Made by a program: the position numbers and the translations under genes | Shown here: positions 36,486 through 47,100 of the stretch, piece by piece | Layout of the letters: every line of letters begins with the position of its first letter | Numbering within the stretch: position 1 is the stretch's first letter | Virus record (IMG/VR): IMGVR_UViG_3300025093_000015 | Span: 23,711-87,710 of that record | DNA length: 64,000 bases | Strand: one strand, 5' to 3' | From: a virus | Notes under the pieces: generated by a model | What the model saw: the letters and a program-made list of their open reading frames with translations, nothing else | Told to the model about the DNA's origin: nothing | The model's database searches: none

Positions 36486-39400
36486 ATGATACCTAATCAA
36501 TCTAGTAATAACAACGGATGTACAGATAACATGTCATCAAACTGTGTTGTATGGCAAGGACCAGATTTAACATGTATTGAAGTATGTAATGGAGATACAG
36601 TTAGTAATGTAGTTGCTAACATGGCAGAAAAGCTTTGTGAAGTAATTGAAAACTCAGGAGGAGCTATAGATATTACTACTGTAAATCAAAAATGTTTAAT
36701 AGCTGATTATGGTACCGCAGCAACAATACAAGAACTTTTTAATAATATTATTGATAAACTGTGTAACTGTTGTGCAACTAGCCAAACGCCAACAGATCCT
36801 TGTTCATGTGTTATAGAAATTCCTGATTGTTTAAGAAAAGCTGCACGTGATTATGCTAATAACGGAACTTCACCAATATCATTTGCATTAAACAATGATC
36901 CTTCAGTAGGACCTGGTAGAGGTTATGCACATTTTTTAGCATTACAGATTTGTGAAAATATTAGTGCAATTTCATTAATGCAATTGCAAGTTAATAACTT
37001 AGAACAAAGAGTAACATTTATAGAAGATAATTGTTGTAGTCCTTCATCAGCACCATCATCAACTACAGATAAAGTAGTTGCATCTAATTCTACAGGAAAT
37101 AATAGTCCTGTAACATTTGCTACAGCAATAGGTGCATTAGATGATAAAGTTGGATCTATAGATAATACAGTTGGTACAGCTCAACAAATAAATACAGCAG
37201 TAGCATATACACCTGCTCTATCACAAAAAGATAGACTTAGTGGTTCAGGTACAATGGCAGCTACAAGAGGTTGGATAACTACACCAAAGAATATGGCGCA
37301 GTCATTCCAAAACTTGTGGATTACAATGAATGACACAAGAAATGCTGTAGAAAATTTAAATGAAACTGTAGCAAAACCTACATGTGCAGATATTACATTT
37401 GATGTTGTTGGTTCAACAAAGAAAACTACTACAGGAGCTGTATCTGCTCTTGTATTTGATTTTCAAGGTACATCTATTCCAAAAGCATTTAGTGAGTGTA
37501 ATTCAAGAGGAACAAAATTAACTATTACAGATTCTTCTTTAAATACTGTAGTTAAATATGTTGATGTTGGATATTATCAAAATAATCCACCTTATTATCT
37601 TGCTACTTCAGAAATGGGTAATCTTGATTTAGGTAGTAATTATTCTGTTAGAATAGATTTTTGTGCAAGTGATGGTAATACAACATGTCAAGAAATACAA
37701 AATATAACTATAGAAAATGAATTAGGATGTCCTACTTTAACAATAGGAACAGTAACAGCAGATTCTATTCCTTTTACAGTTTCTAATATAACCCTTCCGG
37801 TAAATAAAGGACATATTGTAAATGTTGAGTTGCTTAACAAAGCAGGTTCTTTACAGGATTCAAGATCATTTACGTATCAAGGAAGAGATATTACAGGTAC
37901 ATTTACTAACTTAGTACCTAATACACAATACCAAGTTAAAAATACTTTAACACAAGATGGTAAAGTTGGTACAACAGATTGTCCAGTACAATTAGTTTCA
38001 ACTTCAACTCCTGTATGTTCTACAGTTTTATATACACCAACTAGTTCAGAATGGAGAACTAGTAGAAGTGATTTAGTCACAGGTGGAAATGTTGTAGAAT
38101 TAGCAAGTTATAATAGTGGTGTCTCACAAACAAAATGGGAAGTAGGTTTTGATTCAAGCTATAATCCTATTGTTGTTATGGCATCAGCAACAGGTATAAC
38201 AGGATGGAATCATTCTGGTAAATTTATTAATGATGAGTTAACTACAGAACCATTACAAATTACTGGATTAACAGGTTCTCCAGTATCTCCTGCAGGTATT
38301 ACAAGATCTAATTTAGAAAGTGGGTGGAAGTATATGGGAACAATTACTGATCCAAACAGTCAACTTTATTATGTATATGCTGCAGTAGACACTAATAATA
38401 AATCAATTAAACAAGTTGTTTTTGCTTGTAATTGTAGTGGTATATATTTAGATACTACTCAACCTGTATACTATTCAAGAACAAGTGCAACAACAGATAT
38501 TACACTTAATGTAGTTGGATATACTGCAGGTTCAGAAGAGCACACTTGGGCTATTACTACACAACCTGCACATGGTACATTAGCTTATAAAGCTGGTTCA
38601 CCTACAAACAGTAGTGCAACTTATGTGTACACACAAAATGGTGATTTTATGACATCTGATAGTTTTGTTATTACATTATCAAATGCATGTGGTACAACAA
38701 TAGGTACTAAGTATGTACAAATATTACCTTCACAAAGAATTAAATATACCTCAACTGATGTAATTGTATTTTTTGATACTAATGCTATGACTACTGCAAA
38801 TGCAGCAGATATTAAAAAATCATTTAATGCAATTAGAAGTGGATTTAGTGGTGCTACAAAACCTAATTTCTATTATGTAGCAGTTAATGGAACAGAATCT
38901 GGTGATTATTTAAAACATGTTAAAGGTTGTGTAGAACATGTAGGTGCTTTTAATAGTGCAGGATCATATGGAGCAGCTTTAAGTTATCCAACATCTGGAA
39001 CATGGTACACTGATATAATGTCTAATGGTGCAACGTTACCAAGTTATTGGACAACGACAGGTGCAGAATTTCCACCAGATGTACATATAATATCTTTTGT
39101 TGGTCAAGTAAATGCAAATGGAACTTATGGTAAAGCAAGTTTACCTGGAACTCCAGCATGGGCAACACCGTTGGAACCTACTACAAATAGTGGATCTGGT
39201 ACAGCACAATATCAAGAAGATTATGATGCTATAGTAGATATAACATCATCAGCAGCACCAACAAGTGCATGGGGTATTGCATGTCAAGCACAAACAAGTT
39301 TCCCTTGGGTTTCAGGATCTATACCATTTACTGTAAGTCAAGTTGTTGTTACATTATTAAATGATATAGCTGGTGCAACAGCGTCTGTAGCTTTACAAGC

Positions 39401-40070
39401 ATTTGCAGCACTTCAAGGAGAAAATCTTCTTTCTACACAAGAATATTATGGTGCAGCATTAGGTTTAGAAAGATATAGAAATCATGGAGCAATAGGAACA
39501 GGTTTAGATTTAACAGCATATTTACTTTCAGGTGTAGCATCTGTAAATATTCCATATAGTGTAACAACTAATGGTGCTGCTAATACAATGGTAGGTTTAA
39601 AAGATGTTTCACCTTCAAATTATTTTAATGCTGTTCATGCTTATATTGAAAATGGAACTGATTTAGATCTTTCAACTAATCCTATGATAACAACATATTT
39701 TAGAGGTATGTTTGGATTACTAACATCAGGATCAACAGGAGAGCCAAGTTCTGCAGGTGGTCAACGTATGGGAAGCACAGCTACTTATGCAGTACAAATT
39801 AGTGGTAGTACTGATGCAGATAAAATATTAAGTGCTTGTACACAAGCTAAGACTGCTAGTAATTGTATAAATATATATAACTCAACAGGTACACAATTTG
39901 ATACAACTGTAAGAGCATATACAACTTTATCAGGATTAGTAAATGAGCAATCAGAATATGAATTAGAAAATGGAAAATTTTATGCATTGTGCCCAGGTGG
40001 AACAGGTGTAAATGTTGCTAGATATAGCACAACTTCACCACATTGGAATACGGTAAGCACGTGCCCTTAA
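36486..40070 (+). CDS. putative tail fibre/adhesin (Cys-rich N-terminus, FN3/Ig-like and vWA-like domains)
   Basis: SSNCVVWQGPDLTCI N-terminus; FTNLVPNTQYQV FN3 motif; QPAHG Ig-like repeat; DVIVFFDT. Confidence 0.6.
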   Translation: MIPNQSSNNNGCTDNMSSNCVVWQGPDLTCIEVCNGDTVSNVVANMAEKLCEVIENSGGAIDITTVNQKCLIADYGTAATIQELFNNIIDKLCNCCATSQTPTDPCSCVIEIPDCLRKAARDYANNGTSPISFALNNDPSVGPGRGYAHFLALQICENISAISLMQLQVNNLEQRVTFIEDNCCSPSSAPSSTTDKVVASNSTGNNSPVTFATAIGALDDKVGSIDNTVGTAQQINTAVAYTPALSQKDRLSGSGTMAATRGWITTPKNMAQSFQNLWITMNDTRNAVENLNETVAKPTCADITFDVVGSTKKTTTGAVSALVFDFQGTSIPKAFSECNSRGTKLTITDSSLNTVVKYVDVGYYQNNPPYYLATSEMGNLDLGSNYSVRIDFCASDGNTTCQEIQNITIENELGCPTLTIGTVTADSIPFTVSNITLPVNKGHIVNVELLNKAGSLQDSRSFTYQGRDITGTFTNLVPNTQYQVKNTLTQDGKVGTTDCPVQLVSTSTPVCSTVLYTPTSSEWRTSRSDLVTGGNVVELASYNSGVSQTKWEVGFDSSYNPIVVMASATGITGWNHSGKFINDELTTEPLQITGLTGSPVSPAGITRSNLESGWKYMGTITDPNSQLYYVYAAVDTNNKSIKQVVFACNCSGIYLDTTQPVYYSRTSATTDITLNVVGYTAGSEEHTWAITTQPAHGTLAYKAGSPTNSSATYVYTQNGDFMTSDSFVITLSNACGTTIGTKYVQILPSQRIKYTSTDVIVFFDTNAMTTANAADIKKSFNAIRSGFSGATKPNFYYVAVNGTESGDYLKHVKGCVEHVGAFNSAGSYGAALSYPTSGTWYTDIMSNGATLPSYWTTTGAEFPPDVHIISFVGQVNANGTYGKASLPGTPAWATPLEPTTNSGSGTAQYQEDYDAIVDITSSAAPTSAWGIACQAQTSFPWVSGSIPFTVSQVVVTLLNDIAGATASVALQAFAALQGENLLSTQEYYGAALGLERYRNHGAIGTGLDLTAYLLSGVASVNIPYSVTTNGAANTMVGLKDVSPSNYFNAVHAYIENGTDLDLSTNPMITTYFRGMFGLLTSGSTGEPSSAGGQRMGSTATYAVQISGSTDADKILSACTQAKTASNCINIYNSTGTQFDTTVRAYTTLSGLVNEQSEYELENGKFYALCPGGTGVNVARYSTTSPHWNTVSTCP

Positions 40071-40088
40071 TAATTAAAAAAATAAATT

Positions 40089-40646
40089 ATGAGTTGTAGT
40101 AGTTGTAAAAGTGGATCAACAAAGTCATCACCATGTGCATGTAAAGATCATGGACTAGTAACTCCTTGTAGTTATACAAATTGTCAAAGAAAAAATGATA
40201 CTGAAACATGTGAAGATATACAATGTTCAGCATGTGTAGGATGGTGTCAAAATAGTTTTTGTGTAACTAATGCTGCTAACCAAACTTTTTGTGTTAATAA
40301 AGGAGAAAAACTTGACTTTATACTACAGAAACTAGTATTATTTGTTGCTAATCCTGGATGTTGGAATAGTAATATTGCACATTTATTTGTAGATACAATT
40401 ACTAGTACAAGCATTAAATTAATGTGGGATGGTATTCCAACTGGAACAACTGCAATAAATGTATATTATGCTACCGCATCTGGTGCTTATATATTAGCAA
40501 ATACTGCAGGACCATTACCAGCTGGAACAGTAGAATTTGATGTAACAGGTTTATCATCTAATACAGCATATAAATTTAAAGTTGCAGCAACTACTGGCGC
40601 AGCAACTTGTGATTCAGTAGAAGTATATGCAAACACAATAGCATAA
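40089..40646 (+). CDS. Cys-rich FN3-domain structural protein
   Basis: ITSTSIKLMW...VTGLSSNTAYKFKVAA FN3 signature. Confidence 0.7.
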   Translation: MSCSSCKSGSTKSSPCACKDHGLVTPCSYTNCQRKNDTETCEDIQCSACVGWCQNSFCVTNAANQTFCVNKGEKLDFILQKLVLFVANPGCWNSNIAHLFVDTITSTSIKLMWDGIPTGTTAINVYYATASGAYILANTAGPLPAGTVEFDVTGLSSNTAYKFKVAATTGAATCDSVEVYANTIA

Positions 40647-40689
40647 CAAAAGTAGAGAAAGTTTGTTGGTTTTAACTCTGCAATTGTTT

Positions 40690-40717
40690 GGAAACCCTGG
40701 AGAAATCTAGGGTTTCC
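40690..40717 (+). terminator. hairpin, probable terminator
   Basis: GGAAACCCTGGA-GAAA-TCTAGGGTTTCC stem-loop after the tail operon. Confidence 0.55.
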
Positions 40718-40776
40718 TCTTATATGATTTTTTTTTGTATCTTGCAAACAATTTTAAAAATAACTTATTAACTATT

Positions 40777-41958
40777 ATGGATTCATTATTAGAAAAAATC
40801 AAAGCATCATTTAAATGGAAAAAAACATCAGACTACTGTGCTGATAAGTTAGGTATGACTGTAGAAGACTATGACGTACTTAAGGACATGGTAAAAGCTA
40901 GACTTTTACAAGAATCAGGATCATTATCCTATGAATACAACTTAGAAAAAGGAGAAGCAAAGATGGAAGCTATATCATCATCTGAACCAAAATCTCCTGA
41001 AGAAATAATTAAAATATTAAATATAGACACTACACAATGGAAGTTGTCTAGTTATTGGAATAAGCAAATGGGTGATCATTGGCGTGTATCAGCAATGGTT
41101 ACAAAACTAAAAGATAAAGAAATTGATAATGTTGTTGAATTATTAAAAGACTTTAAACCAAAGAAACATAAATTAGTTAAAAGAATTAAAACTCCAGGTA
41201 AAGTAAAAACAGCTGGAGTTTTGTCTTTACAGGACATACACTTTGGTAAAGAAGGAAATGAAACTATTGATAAAGACTTTGAGGAGACTATCATTGATCT
41301 TGCAGAAAGAGCAAGTAAGTCACATCACTTAGAAAAATTATATTATGTCATAGGAGGTGATTTAATTAACATGGATACATGGAGTGGTACTACTACATCA
41401 GGAACACCATTAGACAACTGTATGACATCTACAGAGGCTTATATGCAAGCATTTGATGCATTGCAATGGAGCATTAATTATTTAAAACAATATTGTGATA
41501 CATTACAAATTGTATATATTCCTGGTAATCATGATAGACTTTCTTCTTTTCATTTAGCTCATGCATTATCTAAGTGTTTTAAAGATAAAAAAATATTATG
41601 GGATGTTGTTTATCTTGAGAGAAAGGTATTTGTATATGGGGATAACTTTTTTGCATTTGAACATGGAGATGTAAATACTAAAAATTCTTTAATGTTATAC
41701 TCTATGGAATATCCAAGAGAATGGGGTAAGACATTATATAGAACATTATACACAGGTCATTATCATCATAAGAAAAAGATTGAGTACATAACTCAACATG
41801 AAAATACAGGTTTTACATTAAAGATTTTACCAAGTTTATCAAAGACAGATTATTATCATTATCATAATAAATTTGTAGGATCAAGAAGATCTGGAGTATT
41901 ATCACTTCATACCCCAGATAAAGGTGAGATATGTGAACTAACATATTCACCTGAATAA
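40777..41958 (+). CDS. calcineurin-like metallophosphoesterase with N-terminal HTH-like region
   Basis: DIHFG, GGDLIN, PGNHD, EHGD and GHYHH motifs. Confidence 0.85.
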   Translation: MDSLLEKIKASFKWKKTSDYCADKLGMTVEDYDVLKDMVKARLLQESGSLSYEYNLEKGEAKMEAISSSEPKSPEEIIKILNIDTTQWKLSSYWNKQMGDHWRVSAMVTKLKDKEIDNVVELLKDFKPKKHKLVKRIKTPGKVKTAGVLSLQDIHFGKEGNETIDKDFEETIIDLAERASKSHHLEKLYYVIGGDLINMDTWSGTTTSGTPLDNCMTSTEAYMQAFDALQWSINYLKQYCDTLQIVYIPGNHDRLSSFHLAHALSKCFKDKKILWDVVYLERKVFVYGDNFFAFEHGDVNTKNSLMLYSMEYPREWGKTLYRTLYTGHYHHKKKIEYITQHENTGFTLKILPSLSKTDYYHYHNKFVGSRRSGVLSLHTPDKGEICELTYSPE

Positions 41959-42007
41959 ACTTGAATAAATCACCTTTTTTTTGTAAATTATAATGTATGG
42001 TAATATT

Positions 42008-42529
42008 ATGATAAATAATTTTAAAAAACCTAATTTAAATGCACCAAGATATAGAGAGAAAGTCTTGGGGTTATTAAATGCGGAATTAATAAATGAATTT
42101 AAAGACAAAAATCCAATATATTCAAAAATAGATAATAACAAATTAAAAAATATAATTAAATTATTTAATGGAAGAATATGGGAAGAAGTTATAAAAAATA
42201 GAGATGGTGTAGAGTTACCTGATTCATTAGGTTACATATTTATAGGAACCTGCCCTGCAGCTAAAACTGTAAATACAAACTATGCACTGTCAAAACAATA
42301 TGGTAAAGTTTTGCAGAATAAAAACTGGGAAACTGATGGTAATGTAGCAAAAATATTTTACACAAACTACTCTACTAAATACCGTTTTAAAAATAGAGAG
42401 CTTTGGCAATTTACAGCCATCAGACAATTTAAAAGATCTGTTGCAAGTGAATATCCTAAAAAATGGACAAAGTATATTAAAATGGAAAATAAAAAAAGAG
42501 TGGCTGATATGTATAAAAAAAACAGTTAG
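42008..42529 (+). CDS. IHF-like protein (crAss-like tail module)
   Basis: RDGVELPDSLGYIFI; synteny before the ring and muzzle genes. Confidence 0.55.
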   Translation: MINNFKKPNLNAPRYREKVLGLLNAELINEFKDKNPIYSKIDNNKLKNIIKLFNGRIWEEVIKNRDGVELPDSLGYIFIGTCPAAKTVNTNYALSKQYGKVLQNKNWETDGNVAKIFYTNYSTKYRFKNRELWQFTAIRQFKRSVASEYPKKWTKYIKMENKKRVADMYKKNS

Positions 42530-42531
42530 TT

Positions 42532-43203
42532 ATGACAACAATAGGAGAAGTAGTTTCAAGAGTAAGACAATCTATCAAAGCAGAGGTACAAGATGCATTT
42601 ATGACTGATAGATATATCTATAGTCTTATATTAAAAAATGCACAACTGTTTATGAGAAGACAAGATCATGCTAATAAGCTTATGAAGTTTAATAGTGTGT
42701 GGCAAGCACTTCCCTATATTGAATTAATTGAAGTTGATAAAGTAGAAGCACAGTGTAGTGGAATTCAAAGTGGATGTACTATAAAACGTACAAAAGAAAA
42801 ACTACCAACATTTATGGAAGGTTACTGGGGACCATTAATTAGAACTGTTAGTTCTATTGACGGTTCAATTGAATTACAACCAACTAATCCTGGTACTTAT
42901 GCTTCTATGACAAAGACTACATCTTTTAAGTACAATAAAACAAAATACTTTTGGTGGCTAAATGATTATCTATATTTCCCAAATATTGAATGGGATGCAG
43001 TAAAAGTAGAAGGTATTTTTGAAGGAGATATATCTGGATATAATTGTGATACAGAAGATGATTGTACCCCAAGATACATGCAACAATTATTTATTCCTGA
43101 ATTTTTGTTTGCAGAAATTGAAACACAAGTGTTAAATCAATTGATGAATACTATGAAGGTTCCTTCTGAAGATTCAGATAATAAAATAAACATAAATAGA
43201 TAA
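42532..43203 (+). CDS. tail ring protein
   Basis: TIGEVVSRVR..K...D...TDR.I, KRTK.KLP and YLYFPN patterns; synteny. Confidence 0.6.
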   Translation: MTTIGEVVSRVRQSIKAEVQDAFMTDRYIYSLILKNAQLFMRRQDHANKLMKFNSVWQALPYIELIEVDKVEAQCSGIQSGCTIKRTKEKLPTFMEGYWGPLIRTVSSIDGSIELQPTNPGTYASMTKTTSFKYNKTKYFWWLNDYLYFPNIEWDAVKVEGIFEGDISGYNCDTEDDCTPRYMQQLFIPEFLFAEIETQVLNQLMNTMKVPSEDSDNKININR

Positions 43204-44126
43204 TGGCTATATCACATAAATACAGAACCTTTGATCAATTGTTAGAAGATGTAACTGTAGATTTTTCTACATATGCACTAGAAGGTATGATTGAACCTCA
43301 GCAATTAATTAAAGTTGCTACAAGAGTTAATTATGATTTAGGTTTAAGAATTAATAGAACAAAAGAAACTGTAGTAGAAATAGAACACGGTAAAGCAAAA
43401 TTACCTACAGATTTTATGTATTTAAATTATGCTTTTTGTTGTAATTCATATACAATGTCTAGCAAGATGCCTGCTGGTACTACAGTAGATACAACATATA
43501 CTAAGTATGTTCCAGATCCAGGAGATCCTAAACAATGTGTAACACCAACAGATTGTAAAGATGTTTGTGTAGTACAAACATGTCCTACTACTACAACAGA
43601 TGGAAGAGGTCCAGCTAAAACAACATATAAAAATGAACATATAGTAGTTCAGTTTGTAGGTGCTGATCAGTATAGACATTATACAGATTATCATCCTTTA
43701 AGATTTAGCACATCAAATAAAGTTCAGTGTGATTGTCCTAATGTAAATATACAGTCTAGATACGTAGCAGAAATTAAAGATAATTACATACTAACTAATT
43801 TTACAAATGGTAATGTATACATTAGCTATCAAGGTGCTATGGAAGATGATGATGGTAATCTTTTAGTTTTAGATCATCCTTACTGTAATGAGTACTATGA
43901 GTATGCATTAAAAGAAAGAATATTAGAAAATATGGTTTTTGCTGGTGAGAATGTTTCTCAGCAGTTATCATATATTAAAGGTCAATTGAGAGCATCAAGA
44001 AACAATGCTTTAGGTTTTGTTAATACACCTGATTTTGAAGAAATGAGAAAAATATGGGAAGTTAACAGAAGAGCTCAATATCATAATTACTATGATATGT
44101 TTAAAAGTCACCCAACATTAGGATAA
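43203..44126 (+). CDS. tail tubular/ring protein
   Basis: GKAKLP.DF and TNF.NG.VYISY.G..EDD.G.L.V.D patterns. Confidence 0.6.
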   Translation: MAISHKYRTFDQLLEDVTVDFSTYALEGMIEPQQLIKVATRVNYDLGLRINRTKETVVEIEHGKAKLPTDFMYLNYAFCCNSYTMSSKMPAGTTVDTTYTKYVPDPGDPKQCVTPTDCKDVCVVQTCPTTTTDGRGPAKTTYKNEHIVVQFVGADQYRHYTDYHPLRFSTSNKVQCDCPNVNIQSRYVAEIKDNYILTNFTNGNVYISYQGAMEDDDGNLLVLDHPYCNEYYEYALKERILENMVFAGENVSQQLSYIKGQLRASRNNALGFVNTPDFEEMRKIWEVNRRAQYHNYYDMFKSHPTLG

Positions 44127-44138
44127 ATATAAATAGTA

Positions 44139-47100
44139 ATGGCTAAACAGCAATCTCCAAAATTACAAAATACTAGTTCTACGGATACTAAGATTCCTAT
44201 TAAAGGAATGACTAAGGATCTAAATACATCTTTAGTGGGTAAAGAAAACTGGACTCATGCTAGAAATGCTATTAATAATTCTAAGGATGGTGATGTTGGA
44301 ACTTTAGGTAATGAACCAGGAAATAAAGTTTGTAGTTCAGCACCATATACTATTATTGGTGCTATTCATTTATATGGAGATAAGTGGGTTTTATATTCAA
44401 CAAATAATGAGCAAAGTGAAATAGGTAAATGGGATGATAGTGAATGTAAGTATGAACCTATTGTAAATGATTATACTTGTTTTCAATGTCAAAATGATGA
44501 TGGTTTAGATAGCACTAGTTTTACACCTTGTTTAAATTTTGATACGCAACATTTAATTACAGGAGCGGCAAAAGAAAACTTTGATTGTACATGGCAAGTA
44601 TATTGGGATGATGGTAAAAATCCATCACGTACACTTAATATAGATAAAGTACCTTACATACAAAATGTAATTTCTGAAATAGGTGCTGAATGTACAGTTT
44701 ATGAAGATACAGCATGTTTAGATTGTGAAGCTCTTAGACTTGCACCATTAGTAGATATTCCATGTATAAAACTTTCTAAATCAGATGACGGAGGACAATT
44801 AAGAAATGGAACATACCAAGCATTTATTGCTTATACAATTAATGATCAAGTTGTTGGTGATTACTATGGTATGTCAAATCTTCAACCATTATATGATCAT
44901 GAAGATTTACTATCTGGTTTAGAAATTGAAATATCAAATCTAGATAAAGGTTTTGAATATTTTAAACTTGTAATTCTTAGTCATAACCAAGGAGAAATAC
45001 AAGCTAAAGAAATAGGTATATATAGCACAGAACAATCTACTATTAGTATTGATTATATAAATCAAGCATTAAAAGCTGTTCCTATTAATACATTACCATT
45101 AACTACACCTGCTTTTGAAAAGTCAGATAAAATGTATGTGGTTAATGATTATTTAATTAGACAAGGGCCAACAGAAAGATATGATTTTAATTATCAACCA
45201 ATAGCAAATAGAATACATACGCATTGGACAGTTACACAATTTGATTCTGATTATTATAAAAAAGGTGGTAATAAACCTACATTTATGAGAGATGAGGTTT
45301 ATTCATTCTTTATTAGATTTGTTTATAATACAGGTGAAAAATCTAGATCATATCATATACCAGGTAGACCGCTTTCATGGAATGGTTGGCAAGCTCCAGA
45401 TGGAACTATTATTAGTGAACTAGATCAATTAACAGGTGATGTAAATAACTTATCAGCACAAGCATCAGCATTAGGACTTTGTGATACTAATGATAGTGAT
45501 TATGCATTTGAAATATATAATACTGCACAAAATCAAACAGATCAATTTTGGCAAAATCCAAATAACTTAACAGAAGGTCCAATAACAGATGACTGTGGTA
45601 CTGTAATTGCAGAAGGTCATATGGCTTATTGGCAATCAACAGAAAGGTATCCAAATGATCCTGTTAGATATAATTCAGATATAGGTGATGATAGATATGA
45701 TTTATGTGGTAAACCTATAAGACATCATAAATTTCCAGATGAAACATTTAGTGGTTCTGGACCAGGAGGATTTTTAGACAGATCTTCTAATAATGGACAA
45801 TCAATAAATGTACTTGGTGTTAAGTTTGATGGTATTAGAATGCCAAGGTATAGTGAAAGCTTTGGACAAATATGTTCTCCAGATAATGGCACACCAACAG
45901 GACCACCTATTCCAGGAATTATAGGTTATGAAATACTTGTAGGATCAAGGGAGGGTAACAAGTCTATTATAGCAAAAGGTTTATCTAGGAATATGAGGCA
46001 GTACAATCTTCCTGCTGGACAAAATGCTGCAGACAGTACAGCAACAATAGGTTATATTCCTAACTATCCTTTTAATAGTGCTCAAGCAGATCCATATTTA
46101 TCAGGAGATCCAGGTTTTAGTTTTGGTTATAATAATCCCACAAATATTACACAATATCCACAAGCTAATACTGCAGCAAATGTATTTACATTTCATTCAC
46201 CTGAAACATCTTTCAATAAACCATTCTTATCACCATTTGAAATTAAAACATATGGTTTAACAACAGGTAGATCTGTAGGTAGATTTAGACCATCTGAAAA
46301 TCACCCACAACATAAACTACTTAGAAACTTAGCAATGTGGGTTGGTATTATAGTTGGTGTAGGTTATGCTATTGGTCAGATGCGTGGTAAAAGAATGACA
46401 AAAACCAGAAGACCACAAGGTTATAGTATGGGCTTGCAACAAAATGCAAGATCTGGTGGTTCTATGACAAATACAATTAATGGACCAAATGGTGGTGGAG
46501 GTGGTGCTGTAGGTACAGGTGCATGGTCAATAACTACAATTTCTAGTAATATTAATACTGACCAAGGTGGTGCACGTGCTGGTGCTCCTGCTGCTGCTGG
46601 TCAAGGTTTAACATTAATGAACCCTGATCAAACTATTAATCAAACAGAAGCTGCACAAAATTTACCATTAGGGCCAAATGATTTAAGAGAAACAACACTT
46701 ACAACAGCTACTATTATCGGTGCACCAAAAATAGCAAAAAAGATTGCTTACGATAATACAATGAGATTCCAGGATAATTTAAAAACAAATGCATTACGTA
46801 GAGGTTATATAGGTAGAATGCAAGAAGAATCTTATGAAGGTGAAAGATTTACAGAAGCTCCTGGTTTAGCTCAAGTTTTATTTGGTATATTTAATTTTAT
46901 GCAATTAACTGCTGAAGGTGGTCAGCATATTATTGACATGATCTATGAACTTGTTAGTTTGCAAGATTATGCTTGGAAGTATAGTGGTCATGGACTTTAT
47001 CTAAATACAAATGCACCTTTAGCAGGACAGGTAAGTAGAATGCTAGTTGATAAAGGAAGATATATTGGACCTTCAATTCAAAACTTAACAGCTAATATTA

